A stretch of DNA of 64,000 bases, from the NCBI GenBank assembly GCA_963780095.1, contig CAWABH010000053.1, forward strand, positions 60,273 through 124,272, given 5' to 3'. The position numbers were made by a program, and so were the translations under genes. The notes below the pieces were generated by a model, which had not been told where the DNA came from, ran no database searches, and saw only the letters and a program-made list of their open reading frames with translations. Positions 8,765-18,629 of the stretch are shown here, one piece after another; position 1 is the stretch's first letter, and every line of letters begins with the position of its first letter. Source of the stretch: an uncultured Alphaproteobacteria bacterium (lineage in GTDB: Bacteria; Pseudomonadota; Alphaproteobacteria; Acetobacterales; Acetobacteraceae).

Positions 8765-10069
8765 ATGACTGTTTCGGCGATATCACCACGCATGCGCCGC
8801 ATGCAGTGGATAGCGGTCGGGCTTGTCACCGCTGCGATCGCCTTGAACTACATAGACCGCTCGACGCTCGCCGTCGGCAACGTCAAGATCCGCGAGGAGT
8901 TCGGTATCAGCGCCACCGCGATCGGCGCGCTGCAATCCGCCTGGTCGATCACCTATGCGCTGTGCCAGGTGCCGATCGGCTATTTCCTCGATCGGTTGGG
9001 TCCCCGCTACCTGGTGGGCGTCGCGTTGATTCTGTGGTCGGTCGCGCAGGGATTGGGCGGGCTGGCGGTCACCTACATGCAGCTGCTGTGGGCGCGCGTG
9101 GCGCTCGGCGCCGCGGAATGTCCGGCGTTCCCCGCGGCGGTGCGGGTGACCAGCGACTGGTTCCACGTGAAGGACCGCGGTCGCCCGACCGGCCTCTACA
9201 ATTCCGGCGGAAGCATCGGGCCGTTCATCGCACCGCCGCTGCTGACCGGACTGATGCTCGCATTCGGCTGGCGCGTGATGTTCATCACCATGGGCGTTGT
9301 CGGCGTGCTTGGTTCGCTGGTGTGGTTCAAGCTCTATCGCGATCCGGCGAAGACCGAACTCGAGCCGCGGGACGAAGCGTATCTCGCGACCAACCGGGCG
9401 GCCGAGGGCAGGGTGGAGGCGCGCAACTGGGGCAGGCTGTTCCGATTTCAGTCGATGTGGGGCCTGATGCTCGGCGCATTCTGCACCGGTTATGCGGTGT
9501 GGATGTACCAGACCTGGCTGCCGGCGTATCTCGAGATGCAGCAGCACATCAGCATCGCAAAGACCGGCTTCCTGGCTTCGATTCCGCTGTTCTGCTCGAT
9601 CCTGGGAGCGTGGTCGGGCGGCTGGTTCACGGATCGGCTGAACGCGCGCGGCATGGAGTTGGTGGCGAGCCGCCGGCTGCCGAGCATCATCGGCCTGCTG
9701 GCATCCGGGGCTTTCACCGTCCTGGCGACGACAGCAGGCAACGGCACACAGGCGATCGTGTTCATCTCGCTCGCGATGTTTTTCCTGGCACTTGGCATTG
9801 CCGGGAAATGGACGCTGATCACCGCGGTTGCGCCGCAGTCGTATTGCACCTCGGTTGCCAGCATCCAGAATTTCGGCGGCTATATCGGCGGCACCGTCTC
9901 GCCGATCGCCACCGGTGTCGTGGTCGACGTCACCGGGTCGTTTGTCATTGCATTGGCGATCGGCGCGGCGATCACCATTCTGGGCGCAGGAATCCTGCAG
10001 CTTTTGGTACGCTCTCAGATCAGCGCCGGCGAGTTGGAGGGGACGGTTGCGGCGGTCCCAGCGGAATGA
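8765..10069 (+). CDS. MFS transporter (anion:cation symporter / hexuronate-type)
   Basis: About 12 predicted TM segments. NYIDRSTLAVGN and DRLGPR motifs. Start ATG 8765 follows CAGGAGGAGAG. Confidence 0.8.
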   Translation: MTVSAISPRMRRMQWIAVGLVTAAIALNYIDRSTLAVGNVKIREEFGISATAIGALQSAWSITYALCQVPIGYFLDRLGPRYLVGVALILWSVAQGLGGLAVTYMQLLWARVALGAAECPAFPAAVRVTSDWFHVKDRGRPTGLYNSGGSIGPFIAPPLLTGLMLAFGWRVMFITMGVVGVLGSLVWFKLYRDPAKTELEPRDEAYLATNRAAEGRVEARNWGRLFRFQSMWGLMLGAFCTGYAVWMYQTWLPAYLEMQQHISIAKTGFLASIPLFCSILGAWSGGWFTDRLNARGMELVASRRLPSIIGLLASGAFTVLATTAGNGTQAIVFISLAMFFLALGIAGKWTLITAVAPQSYCTSVASIQNFGGYIGGTVSPIATGVVVDVTGSFVIALAIGAAITILGAGILQLLVRSQISAGELEGTVAAVPAE

Positions 10070-10120
10070 GAATTCGCGGCGTACTACATGCTCCCAGGGG
10101 CGCAGCGATCGGACCTACAT

Positions 10121-10210
10121 CGTCATGGCCGGCAACGGCCGGCCATCCACGTCGTTCTCTTTGTGCTGGCAGCACGGACGTGGATGGCGGGGCCAAGCCC
10201 CGCCATGACG
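10121..10210. repeat. REP-A palindromic element (CGTCATGGCCGG..CCGGCCATCCACG / CGTGGATGGC..GCCCCGCCATGACG)
   Basis: Inverted arms seen directly. The same family occurs at 14469-14790, 23152-23230 and 33565-33674. Confidence 0.85.
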
Positions 10211-10314
10211 ATGAAGAATAGGGCGCGTCCGGAAATTGTTCGGTTGTTTTCCGGCCAACTCTAGGCGGCGAGCGGACGGTAGGTTCACAGCTCGGCGCAG
10301 CAGGTGATTACGAA

Positions 10315-10824
10315 CTAGGCTCCCTTAGGGTCGACGGAGAACGCCGCGGTGTCGTGGCCGATGCCGAGATTGACCCACCCGGTGTTGTCGGCGATGTCGT
10401 AGATGCCGTACGGCACCGCCTTGCCGAGTTCGGGAATAACGAAGTCGTGCACTCGAACTGGCTCGGGTTGTCCCTTGGGGCGCAGCTCACGGCCGGCATT
10501 CTTGAAGTCTCCGACGAGCTCTTTCTTCTTGGTGTCGACCGAGATCGCGGGTTCACCGGCAGCCTGGAACGCCTTCACTTCGGCGTTGATGTGCTCGAAT
10601 TGGGCGTTGCGGTCGGGGTGGCTTGCGCCTTCGCGCGTCTTGCTGTTGGCCTGGAGGCTGAAGCCCAGGCGGCGCAGCAAGCGGCCTACCAGCTTCTGGC
10701 CGGCGATGAAGCCCTGCTCCGCCAGCGCCGCAGACAGACGACGCTGGCTCTTGCTGACCCACAGCAGGGCAGCTTCGGGATCACCGCGAATGGACGACTG
10801 CACCAACTCGTTCAAGGCTTCCAA
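10315..10824 (-). mobile_element. ISAzo13-family transposase fragment (truncated at both ends; IS remnant)
   Basis: KTREGASHPDRNAQFEHIN...ISVDTKKKELVGDFKNAGRE...YGIYDIADNTGWVNLGIGHDTAAF matches the central DDE region of ISAzo13-type transposases as I recall them. Only about 170 aa are present and no terminal inverted repeats were identified. Confidence 0.6.
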
Positions 10825-10909
10825 AAGTCCAGGTTGGGTTCAATCGCCGGCTTACCGCCACCTCGCGCCGACGCACCCGGTTGCCAACGCGTGGGCGCGC
10901 AGCAGGCGA

Positions 10910-11896
10910 TTACGAGCCACGCCGATTGAGGGGCGAAGCAGTGTAGGCGGCTCCGACAAGGTCCATCGCGGCCGCCATGTCGGCGAGATCTGCGATTGGT
11001 TTTTCTCCGCAGGCGAAGCGACGGAGCGTGTCCTCGACGAACGTCGGGTAAAAGAACGAATTGGTGAGAGGCATCGAACGCGTCTCCCGCCTGCGTGAAT
11101 TGTCGAGTATCTCCAGCGTCTGGTTGTCGCGCGCGGCGAAATAGTGGCCTTCGGTGCGGATCGAGTAGTGCAGATCAAACACTGAATTCGGTGCGGGGTA
11201 GAGATAGCCGGTCTCCACCATGCAGGTTGCGCCGTCGCCGCGCATCAGCACAACCGCGTGGTCCTCGATGTCAAGTCCGGAAAAATTGTTCGACATCGCC
11301 GAGCCAACGACCTTCAGCTGTGTGTCCGGCAGCAGCACGCGGCAAAGATCGATGAAGTGCACGCCAAGATTGAGCAGCGGGCCGCCGCCGGCGGTCGCGC
11401 GGTGCAGCATCCATTCCACCCGCTGCTCGCGATAGCGGTCGATCATGCCGCCGACGAACTTGAACACGACGTACTGCACAGCCTCCCCAGCTGCAACCGC
11501 CCGGATCGTGTCGATCAGGGGGCTGTAGCGGATCACGAAAGGCACCGCCGCGAACACATTGGCCTGCGCGGCGCGAGCGGCGATGTCGTGCGCGTCCGCC
11601 GCGGTGACGGCGCAGGGCTTCTCCATTGCGAATGGAATGCGTTCGCCGATCAGGAAGCGCGCCTCGTCCGCCATGTCGCAATGCCGGCCGAGCGCGAACG
11701 CGAAGTCGGGCTTCAGCCGCGCGCACATTTCGCGGTAATCATCGAACGCCGGGCAACGCGCCTTCACGGCGACCTCCCGCGCGCGGGACAGGCCGGGGTC
11801 GCTGACCCCGACCACCGACACATCTGGAAGTGTCAGCACCGGGTCCAGGTAGAACGGCGTGTGCCAGTGCGACACACCGATCAGAACAACGCGCAT
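10910..11896 (-). CDS. Gfo/Idh/MocA-family oxidoreductase
   Basis: N-terminal Rossmann MRVVLIGVSHWH, EKPCAV motif, 328 aa. Confidence 0.75.
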   Translation of the reverse strand: MRVVLIGVSHWHTPFYLDPVLTLPDVSVVGVSDPGLSRAREVAVKARCPAFDDYREMCARLKPDFAFALGRHCDMADEARFLIGERIPFAMEKPCAVTAADAHDIAARAAQANVFAAVPFVIRYSPLIDTIRAVAAGEAVQYVVFKFVGGMIDRYREQRVEWMLHRATAGGGPLLNLGVHFIDLCRVLLPDTQLKVVGSAMSNNFSGLDIEDHAVVLMRGDGATCMVETGYLYPAPNSVFDLHYSIRTEGHYFAARDNQTLEILDNSRRRETRSMPLTNSFFYPTFVEDTLRRFACGEKPIADLADMAAAMDLVGAAYTASPLNRRGS

Positions 11897-11965
11897 GTGC
11901 GCCTCCTTTGTCGCCGCAGCCTCGAGGTCCTACCATCCGCGCGACCAATGTCCAGGAGGATATGG

Positions 11966-12886
11966 ATGGCGATCCGGCTCTCGGAGAACTTTCGTGCGCT
12001 TTTCTACGCGCCGTTCTATGCCGCGCACGCCATCGGCGCCTACCAGTCCGAGGGCGTCGACGTAACGCTGCTGCCCTCGTCCGATCCCGCGCGCACGGCC
12101 GCCGCACTCCGCGCCGGCGACATCGACGTCATGTGGGGTGGCCCGTTGCGCGTACTGCTGACACATGCGCGGGAGCCGGCATCCGATACTGTCTGCATCT
12201 GCGACGTCATCGCGCGCGACCCGTTCTTCGTCATCGGCCGCGAGCCGCGCCCGGATTTCCGCTTTGCAGATCTTGCCGGCATTCGGTTCGCCTCGGTCGC
12301 CGAAGTGCCCACCCCGTGGCTATGCCTGCAGGATGACATACGCCGCGCCGGTATCGACCCCGCGAGATTGGACAGGATAAGCGGCCCCAGCATGGCCGAG
12401 AATGCGGAGGCGCTGCGTGCAGGTTCGATTGCTGCCGCACAACTATTCCAACCCTATGCCGAGGAGTTGATCGCATCTGGCGCAGGCCATGTCTGGTACG
12501 CCGCCGCGGATCGCGGCCTCACCGCCTATACGGTGCTGGTCACGCGTCGCCCGCTGCTCGACACGCGACGTGCCGAACTTCTCGCGATGACGCGCGCGAT
12601 GACGCGCACACTCCATTGGATGGCCGACACGCCGGGAAATGACATCGCCCGCGCCCTGAGCGCTTTCTTCCCCATGGTTGCACCCGACATTTTCGGCGCG
12701 GCAATCGACCGTTACCGCAAACTCCAACTTTTCGCGCCTGATCCGGTGCTGAAACGCGAAGGCTTCGATCGGCTGCAGGCTGCGATGCGCTCCGGCGGAG
12801 CACTCGACCGCGCAATTCCATTCGAGGCCTGCGTGGACAATTCACTCGCGGATCTGGCGATTGCCGACACTCGTCTTGCCGGATAA
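11966..12886 (+). CDS. NMT1/THI5-like (NitT/TauT-type) substrate-binding protein, no obvious signal peptide
   Basis: FYAPFYAAHAIGAYQSEGVDVTLLPS...DIDVMWGGP is typical of this family. ATG 11966 lies 5 nt after AGGAGGA. The ORF-track start 11258 is an antisense overlap artefact. Confidence 0.65.
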   Translation: MAIRLSENFRALFYAPFYAAHAIGAYQSEGVDVTLLPSSDPARTAAALRAGDIDVMWGGPLRVLLTHAREPASDTVCICDVIARDPFFVIGREPRPDFRFADLAGIRFASVAEVPTPWLCLQDDIRRAGIDPARLDRISGPSMAENAEALRAGSIAAAQLFQPYAEELIASGAGHVWYAAADRGLTAYTVLVTRRPLLDTRRAELLAMTRAMTRTLHWMADTPGNDIARALSAFFPMVAPDIFGAAIDRYRKLQLFAPDPVLKREGFDRLQAAMRSGGALDRAIPFEACVDNSLADLAIADTRLAG

Positions 12887-12930
12887 CGCTTCGCAACCAC
12901 ATACCGCCCGGGATGCCAGGGAGGCGTTCG

Positions 12931-14145
12931 ATGAACCGTCGAGGACTGATCGCAGGGGCCGGCGCGGCGGCGCTGGCTGCCGGTTCGGCAAGAGCCATGG
13001 AAAGGCCACGCTGGATGAGCCCGCTGCTGCCCGATGGAACACGGGATGAGGCGGTGGTCGAGACGCTGCCCGGCAAGCAAAAGCTGATCCGCCTCACCGA
13101 CCGGCCGCCGAACTATGAAACGCCGATCGACGTCTTCCGGACCGCGGTCACACCGAACGAGGACTTCTTCGTCCGCTACCATCTCGCCGGTATTCCGCCG
13201 ATGGCGGACCTGGGCAACTGGTCGCTGAGCGTTGGCGGCGAGGCAGCCGAACGGCAGATCACTCTCAGCCTCGACGATCTGCGGACGAACTTCGAACAGG
13301 TGGAGGTGGTCGCGGTTTGTCAATGTTCGGGCAATCGCCGCGGCCTGTCGTCGCCGCATGTTGCCGGTGTGGAGTGGGGCTACGGTGCGATGGGCAGTGC
13401 CGCGTGGAGTGGGCCGCGGTTGAAGGATGTGCTGGCCAAGGTCGGCGTGAAGGCAGGCGCGGTGGAAGTGTGGCTGGATGGCGCGGATGGGCCGGTGCTG
13501 CCGACCACGCCGGATTTCCACAAGAGCCTGCCGATGGACAAGGCATTGGCCGATGAAGTGATCATCGCCACGACGATGAACGGCGAGAAGCTGCCTCATC
13601 TGAACGGCTATCCCGCACGCGTTGTCGTTCCCGGATGGACCGCAACCTATTGGACCAAGCACGTCACCAGCATCCAGCTCAGTACCAGGCCGCTCGACAA
13701 CTTCTGGATGCAGAAGGCGTACCGCGTGCCCGCAGGCATGTTCCCGGTGGATCATCCTTTCCCGACACAGGACAATCAAACCACCTGGCCGATCACCGAC
13801 ATCGTGGTCAATTCGGTGGTCGCCGGTCCCATTGAGGGTACGCGCCTGACCGCTGCCGGATTTACCGTGCAGGGCGTGGCATGGGACCGCGGTCACGGCA
13901 TCAAGCTGGTCGAGGTCTCGCTCGATGGTGGGAAGACGTGGAAGGAGGCAAGCCTTCGCAAGGACCTGGGCCGCTTTGCCTTCCGCGCCTTCACCTTCCC
14001 TACGGGAAGGCTTTCCCCCGGCAACTACGTCGTCTCGTCGCGCGCCACCAACAATGCCGGCGAGACGCAGGTGGACAAGCTGAAGTTCAATCCCGCCGGG
14101 TACCATAACAATGTGCCGCAACAGGTCGCCGTGACCGTGGCATAG
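12931..14145 (+). CDS. sorA: molybdopterin-dependent sulfite dehydrogenase catalytic subunit (SorA-like), Tat-exported
   Basis: Twin-arginine leader MNRRGLIAGAGAAALAAGSARA. Mo-cysteine motif VAVCQCSGNRRG. C-terminal Ig-like dimerisation domain. Followed by a mono-haem cytochrome c gene. Confidence 0.8.
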   Translation: MNRRGLIAGAGAAALAAGSARAMERPRWMSPLLPDGTRDEAVVETLPGKQKLIRLTDRPPNYETPIDVFRTAVTPNEDFFVRYHLAGIPPMADLGNWSLSVGGEAAERQITLSLDDLRTNFEQVEVVAVCQCSGNRRGLSSPHVAGVEWGYGAMGSAAWSGPRLKDVLAKVGVKAGAVEVWLDGADGPVLPTTPDFHKSLPMDKALADEVIIATTMNGEKLPHLNGYPARVVVPGWTATYWTKHVTSIQLSTRPLDNFWMQKAYRVPAGMFPVDHPFPTQDNQTTWPITDIVVNSVVAGPIEGTRLTAAGFTVQGVAWDRGHGIKLVEVSLDGGKTWKEASLRKDLGRFAFRAFTFPTGRLSPGNYVVSSRATNNAGETQVDKLKFNPAGYHNNVPQQVAVTVA

Positions 14146-14155
14146 GGAGGCGCGC

Positions 14156-14443
14156 ATGTTTCGCTTTCTTCTGGTTGCCCCGCTGCTTTGCGCCACGCCC
14201 ACCCTGGCGCAGGAGGAGGTGGCGCTGAAGCCCGGTCCGGGACTGGATGAGGTCACGACAAGCTGCGCCGTCTGCCACACGCTGAACTACATCAAGATGA
14301 ACTCGGTGTTTCTCACGCCCGACGCCTGGAAGGCGGAGGTCACCAAGATGCGCGAGGCCCTCGGGGCGCCGATCGACGACGATACAGCGAACACCATCGT
14401 CAAGTACTTGTCCGCCACCTACGCGGCGCAGCCGAAGTCCTGA
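14156..14443 (+). CDS. sorB: mono-haem cytochrome c, SorB-like electron acceptor
   Basis: Signal peptide plus a single CAVCH haem-binding motif. Starts 11 nt after sorA. Confidence 0.7.
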   Translation: MFRFLLVAPLLCATPTLAQEEVALKPGPGLDEVTTSCAVCHTLNYIKMNSVFLTPDAWKAEVTKMREALGAPIDDDTANTIVKYLSATYAAQPKS

Positions 14444-14468
14444 AACTGGCGGGACCTACGCTATTCCC

Positions 14469-14790
14469 GTCATGGCCGTCCCCGGACTGGATCCCATAGG
14501 CGCTGACTTAGGGCCCTGGAACCGAGGTTTATCGTCATGGCCGTCCCCGGCCTTGATCCGGGGATCAGGCCCGGCCATCCACGCCTTGCTTTGCTGCGGT
14601 TCCCGAAGACGTGGATGGCCGGCACGAGGCATGTCCTCGGGCGGGCCTTCGGCCCGACCCGGGGGCCGGCCATGACGATGAGACAGCGATCCGTACGCTT
14701 AGGTTAGCGCCTATGGGACTGGATCCGGGGATCAGTCCCGGCCATCCACGACGTGTTGTCACGGACTGCTGAAAAGACCCGGCCATGACG
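14469..14790. repeat. cluster of nested REP-A elements
   Basis: At least three GTCATGGCCG../..CGGCCATGAC(G) arms, plus an outer inverted pair GGATCCCATAGGCGCT / AGCGCCTATGGGACTGGATCC, fill a 360-bp intergenic gap. Confidence 0.8.
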
Positions 14791-14804
14791 GTGAAGGGGC
14801 GGTA

Positions 14805-15551
14805 TTACAACAGCTGCCCGCCGTCCACGACGATGGTCTGGCCGGTGATCCAGGACGCGAGGGGCGAGGCGAGGAACAGCACCACATTCGCGACTTCCTC
14901 CGGGTGCCCGAGGCGCCCGAACGGAATGGAACGCAGGATCGCGTTATAGAGATTCGGATTGTCATCCTTCCGCCTGGCCCACACGCCGCCGGGAAATTCG
15001 ATCGAGCCAGGGGCCACGCCGTTCACGCGAATGCCGTCCTTCGCGTACATCGCGGCCTGTGTCGCCGTGTAATGCATCACCGCAGCCTTGATCGCGCCAT
15101 AGGGCGGCTGCCGCGCCGATGTCCGCATCGCTGAAATCGACGAGGTATTCACCACATTGCCCTTGGCGTCCCTGAGGAATGGCAGCGCGGTCTGGGTAGC
15201 GTGAACGATCGCCATCATGTCGACGGCCATGCTGACCGACCAGCCGGCCTCGTCGTCCGTCGAACCGAAACCGGATGCGTTGTTGACCAGAATATCGATC
15301 CCGCCGAGCGCCCGGGCCGCCGCGCCGATGTAGCCGCGGATTGCCGCGCCATCAGCGAGGTCGCAAACGCCGGAATGCGCCGTGTGGCCGAACTTCGCGA
15401 TCTCGGCGCGCGTCTGCTCGAGCGTCTCCGCACCACGGGCGCAGATCGAGACGGCGGCGCCGGCCTCGGCCAGGCCGAGTGCGATCGAACGTCCGATGCC
15501 GCGGCTGCCGCCGCACACCACGGCGCGCCTGCCGCTGAAATCGAAGGCCAT
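14805..15551 (-). CDS. SDR-family oxidoreductase (FabG-like)
   Basis: GGSRGIGRS cofactor motif, NNAS, and YGAIKAA catalytic Y-x3-K. 248 aa. Confidence 0.85.
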   Translation of the reverse strand: MAFDFSGRRAVVCGGSRGIGRSIALGLAEAGAAVSICARGAETLEQTRAEIAKFGHTAHSGVCDLADGAAIRGYIGAAARALGGIDILVNNASGFGSTDDEAGWSVSMAVDMMAIVHATQTALPFLRDAKGNVVNTSSISAMRTSARQPPYGAIKAAVMHYTATQAAMYAKDGIRVNGVAPGSIEFPGGVWARRKDDNPNLYNAILRSIPFGRLGHPEEVANVVLFLASPLASWITGQTIVVDGGQLL

Positions 15552-15563
15552 GGCATCATCCCC

Positions 15564-16325
15564 TCATTGGCTCATATGCGCGAGCGCATCCCGCATGGCA
15601 TGACTGGAAATCACGATCAAGCCGTCGAAGGGCGTGTCCATCTCCGTGATGATGAACAGGCAGGCGGCGAGTGCGACCGCGCATATGAAGAAGGCGCTGA
15701 TCACCGTCGCGTTGAGCGGCGCATTGTAGCCGAAACTGACAAAGATCAGGACGATCCAGGCGATCAGGATTACCAGGAAGACGGGCTGGATCGAGCTTTC
15801 GGCACGCTCGATCAGCAGCCAGCGCGTTTGCAGGATACCGTCCATCAGAGCAAGCGCACTGCCACGCAAGGCCTGGCGGGACGGATCGTTCGCCGGCAGC
15901 TCGACGATGGCAAGGTGTGCATCATGCAGCAGTTGCCCGGAGTTGGTGTCCTCCATCAGAACGCGCTGGCCGACCTCCTGCGGCCACTGGTCCTCGATCG
16001 CCCGCGCGGTGTAGTCGTGGAGCAGCTTCCGCGCCTTGCCCGCGTCCGGACCGTAGTCGCGCAGCGTCTGGTCGAGCAGGATCAGGTTGGCGGCGAACGT
16101 GCGGATCTGCCCGTCGGTCGCGTCGAACGAGTTCTTGATGCTGGCGGTCAGCAGCCCAAGCACCAGCGAGGCCAGTACGGAGATCATGCCCGTGCCGAGC
16201 TTGATGGCATCATGCGAGGACGCCGAACGGTGATTCTCCGGCAGCCACGCATTCAGCCATAATCCGACCATCGAGCCGGCGAACACGCAGGCAAAGACGA
16301 TCGATGCGAGCAGGTAGGAATCCAT
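15564..16325 (-). CDS. membrane protein, DUF4239-like (tentative)
   Basis: 253 aa with N- and C-terminal TM helices flanking a soluble helical region. Family assignment is from memory only. Confidence 0.55.
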   Translation of the reverse strand: MDSYLLASIVFACVFAGSMVGLWLNAWLPENHRSASSHDAIKLGTGMISVLASLVLGLLTASIKNSFDATDGQIRTFAANLILLDQTLRDYGPDAGKARKLLHDYTARAIEDQWPQEVGQRVLMEDTNSGQLLHDAHLAIVELPANDPSRQALRGSALALMDGILQTRWLLIERAESSIQPVFLVILIAWIVLIFVSFGYNAPLNATVISAFFICAVALAACLFIITEMDTPFDGLIVISSHAMRDALAHMSQ

Positions 16326-16473
16326 GGAGGGGCGGCCACCCGAGACGTCTTGCTGTCACTCTGCGGTTACGGCTGGAGTCTGTCCAAGGGAGCACCTAGA
16401 TGTGACGGCCCAGGCAGCCACCTGTCGCAGTTGTTCAAGGAACTGAAATGATTTCTCAGGTATCCTCCGGCTC

Positions 16474-17055
16474 GTGACCTTCATCACCGATCTCGCGGAT
16501 CAGGCTGTCGTTCTGCCGCTCGTCCTCGCCATTGGCATTGCGTTGCTGGCGCAGGGCTGGCGGCGCGGTGCCGCGGCCTGGGCGGTGACGGTGGTCGCGA
16601 CTTTCGCCGCGATGCTGGCGTTGAAACTCATCTTTCTTGCCTGCTCGCACAGCTTCGGCCATATCGATATTCGTACCCCGAGCGGCCACGTCGCCGCCGC
16701 CACGGTCGTCACTGGCGGCCTCGCCGCTCTGCTGCTCCGCCGGCGCGCCAGTGTCCTGCCCCTGGCCGCCCTCGCCGCGATCGTGGTCGGTATTTCGCGC
16801 CTGGCGCTCGGCGCCCATTCGCTACCCGAGGTTGTGCTCGGCGCGATTGTGGGGTTGGCCGGTGCGTATGCTTTGCCGCTGCTGGCAGGTCCGCTGCCTT
16901 CGGGGCTCGATGTGCGACGCATTGCCATCGTTGCGGCGGCAATCGTCCTGGTGTTCCACGGACTGCATTTTCCCGCCGAGGCGCATATCCGTGCCACGGC
17001 ATTCCGGTTCGCACATATTCTTGCGGTTTGTCAGTCCGACGACGTTCGGTTGTAG
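16474..17055 (+). CDS. PAP2-family phosphatase (membrane)
   Basis: PSGH and SRLALGAHSLPEV motifs (acid phosphatase motifs C2/C3), multiple TM helices. Confidence 0.75.
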   Translation: MTFITDLADQAVVLPLVLAIGIALLAQGWRRGAAAWAVTVVATFAAMLALKLIFLACSHSFGHIDIRTPSGHVAAATVVTGGLAALLLRRRASVLPLAALAAIVVGISRLALGAHSLPEVVLGAIVGLAGAYALPLLAGPLPSGLDVRRIAIVAAAIVLVFHGLHFPAEAHIRATAFRFAHILAVCQSDDVRL

Positions 17056-18464
17056 ACGTCGTCGAGGCGCACGATATCGTCCTCACCGAGATAGGCGCCG
17101 GACTGCACCTCGATCAGCGTAAGCGGGATTTTCCCGGGATTTTCCAGGCGGTGAACGCAGCCCAGCGGCAGGTAGACACTCTCGTTCTCGCGCACCAGCA
17201 GGGTCTCGTTGTCGCGCGTAACCAGGGCGCTGCCGCGCACCACCACCCAGTGTTCGGCGCGATGAAAGTGCTTCTGCAGCGAGAGTTTGCGCCCGGGTGA
17301 CACGACGAGGCGCTTCACCTGGAAGCGCTCGCCCCGAATCAGGCTCTCGAAAAAGCCCCAGGGACGGTACAGCCGATTGTGTGCAACTGCCTCATGCCGC
17401 CCGGCGGCCTTCAGCCGGTCGACGACCTTCTTCACGTCCTGCGCCCGGTCACGATGCATGGCAAGCACCGCGTCTTCGGTCACCACGACGACGGCGTCGT
17501 CCAGGCCGACCACGGCGGCCAGCATCCCATCGCTGCGGACGTAGCAATTGCGGGCACCCTCCAGCAGCACGTCGCCGACCGCGACATTGCCGTCTGCGTC
17601 CTTGTGTCCCAGTTCCCACAGCGCACCCCAGCTGCCGACATCCGACCAGCCGATATCGGCCGGCACGACGGCAGCGTGGGTCGTGCGTTCGGCGACGGCA
17701 TAATCCAGGCTGATCGAGGGGCTGGCGGAGAACGCCTCGACGCCGAGGCGGATGAAATCAAGGTCCTCGTGCCGCTCCGCGACGGCCAGGCGGACGGCGC
17801 GAAGCACGTCCGGCGCGTGCGTCGCCATCTCGTCGAGCAGTGTCCGTGCGGTGAAGACGAACATCCCCGAATTCCAGAGATGCTGCCGGTCGGTGGCGAG
17901 GCGCGCCGCCGTTGCCGCATCAGGCTTCTCGATGAAGCGGGCGACCGCGAACACCCCCGGCGCATCGTCCAGAGCGGCGCCGATCTCGATATAGCCGTAA
18001 CCGGTTTCGGGCGCGGCCGGACGCATGCCGAATGTCACCACGCGCCCGGCGTGCGCCGCCACCGCAGCCGCGGCGAAGCTGCGGCGCAGCGAGGCGGTAT
18101 CGGCGATCACATGGTCGGCGGCCAGCATCCACAGAATCGCGTCCGGGTCGTCTTCCGCGACGAGGACCGCTGCCGCGGCGATCGCGGGCGCGCTGTTGCG
18201 CCCGACCGGCTCCAGCACGATGCGGGCATCGTTTATGTTCACGGCGCGGAGCTGCTCGGCGATCAGGAACCTGTGCTCCTGGTTGCACACGACCACCGGC
18301 GGGGCGAAGCCATCGCCGTGCGCCCGCAGCGCCGTCTCCTGAAGCAGCGTGCGGTCCGAGACGAGCGGCCAGAGCTGCTTGGGAAAGCTCTCGCGCGAAA
18401 CCGGCCATAGTCGCGTGCCGGAGCCGCCGGACAGGATGACCGGGATGATGCGGTGCTCGCTCAT
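17031..18464 (-). CDS. manC: mannose-1-phosphate guanylyltransferase / mannose-6-phosphate isomerase (bifunctional)
   Basis: PVILSGGSGTRLWPVSR N-terminal nucleotidyltransferase motif and a C-terminal cupin (LSLQKHFHRAEHWVVV). 477 aa. Confidence 0.9.
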   Translation of the reverse strand: MSEHRIIPVILSGGSGTRLWPVSRESFPKQLWPLVSDRTLLQETALRAHGDGFAPPVVVCNQEHRFLIAEQLRAVNINDARIVLEPVGRNSAPAIAAAAVLVAEDDPDAILWMLAADHVIADTASLRRSFAAAAVAAHAGRVVTFGMRPAAPETGYGYIEIGAALDDAPGVFAVARFIEKPDAATAARLATDRQHLWNSGMFVFTARTLLDEMATHAPDVLRAVRLAVAERHEDLDFIRLGVEAFSASPSISLDYAVAERTTHAAVVPADIGWSDVGSWGALWELGHKDADGNVAVGDVLLEGARNCYVRSDGMLAAVVGLDDAVVVVTEDAVLAMHRDRAQDVKKVVDRLKAAGRHEAVAHNRLYRPWGFFESLIRGERFQVKRLVVSPGRKLSLQKHFHRAEHWVVVRGSALVTRDNETLLVRENESVYLPLGCVHRLENPGKIPLTLIEVQSGAYLGEDDIVRLDDVYNRTSSD

Positions 18465-18629
18465 GGGGCAACAGTGTGCCTCAACAGGGATGGATTCACC
18501 ACAAAGGCATTACCGGCGCGAGGGAGACACGGTCCCTACGGTTCTTCGGTTTCGATCGCGAATGCCTGCTTGCCGCCTGCGACGGCAGGTGCCACGGTGC
18601 CGCGGCTTCCCAAGAAAGGAGATCACAGG

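Noticed and set aside
12712-14280. 522-aa minus-strand ORF antisense to sorA/sorB. Similar long antisense or off-frame ORFs occur at 20350-21840(-), 24102-25586(-), 25605-27254(-), 50788-52434(-), 53570-54922(-), 8806-10221(+) and 18884-20440(+).
   Set aside because: They are Arg/Ala/Pro/Gly-rich, low-complexity translations that fully overlap genes with strong family motifs on the other strand or frame. These are typical stop-codon-poor shadow ORFs of high-GC DNA.
14469-14790. A repeat cluster that might be a CRISPR array. The same question was asked of 59123-59902.
   Set aside because: The units are inverted (palindromic) REP arms with irregular spacing, not direct repeats with uniform spacers. 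The 144-bp repeats are in-frame protein repeats. No cas genes are present.
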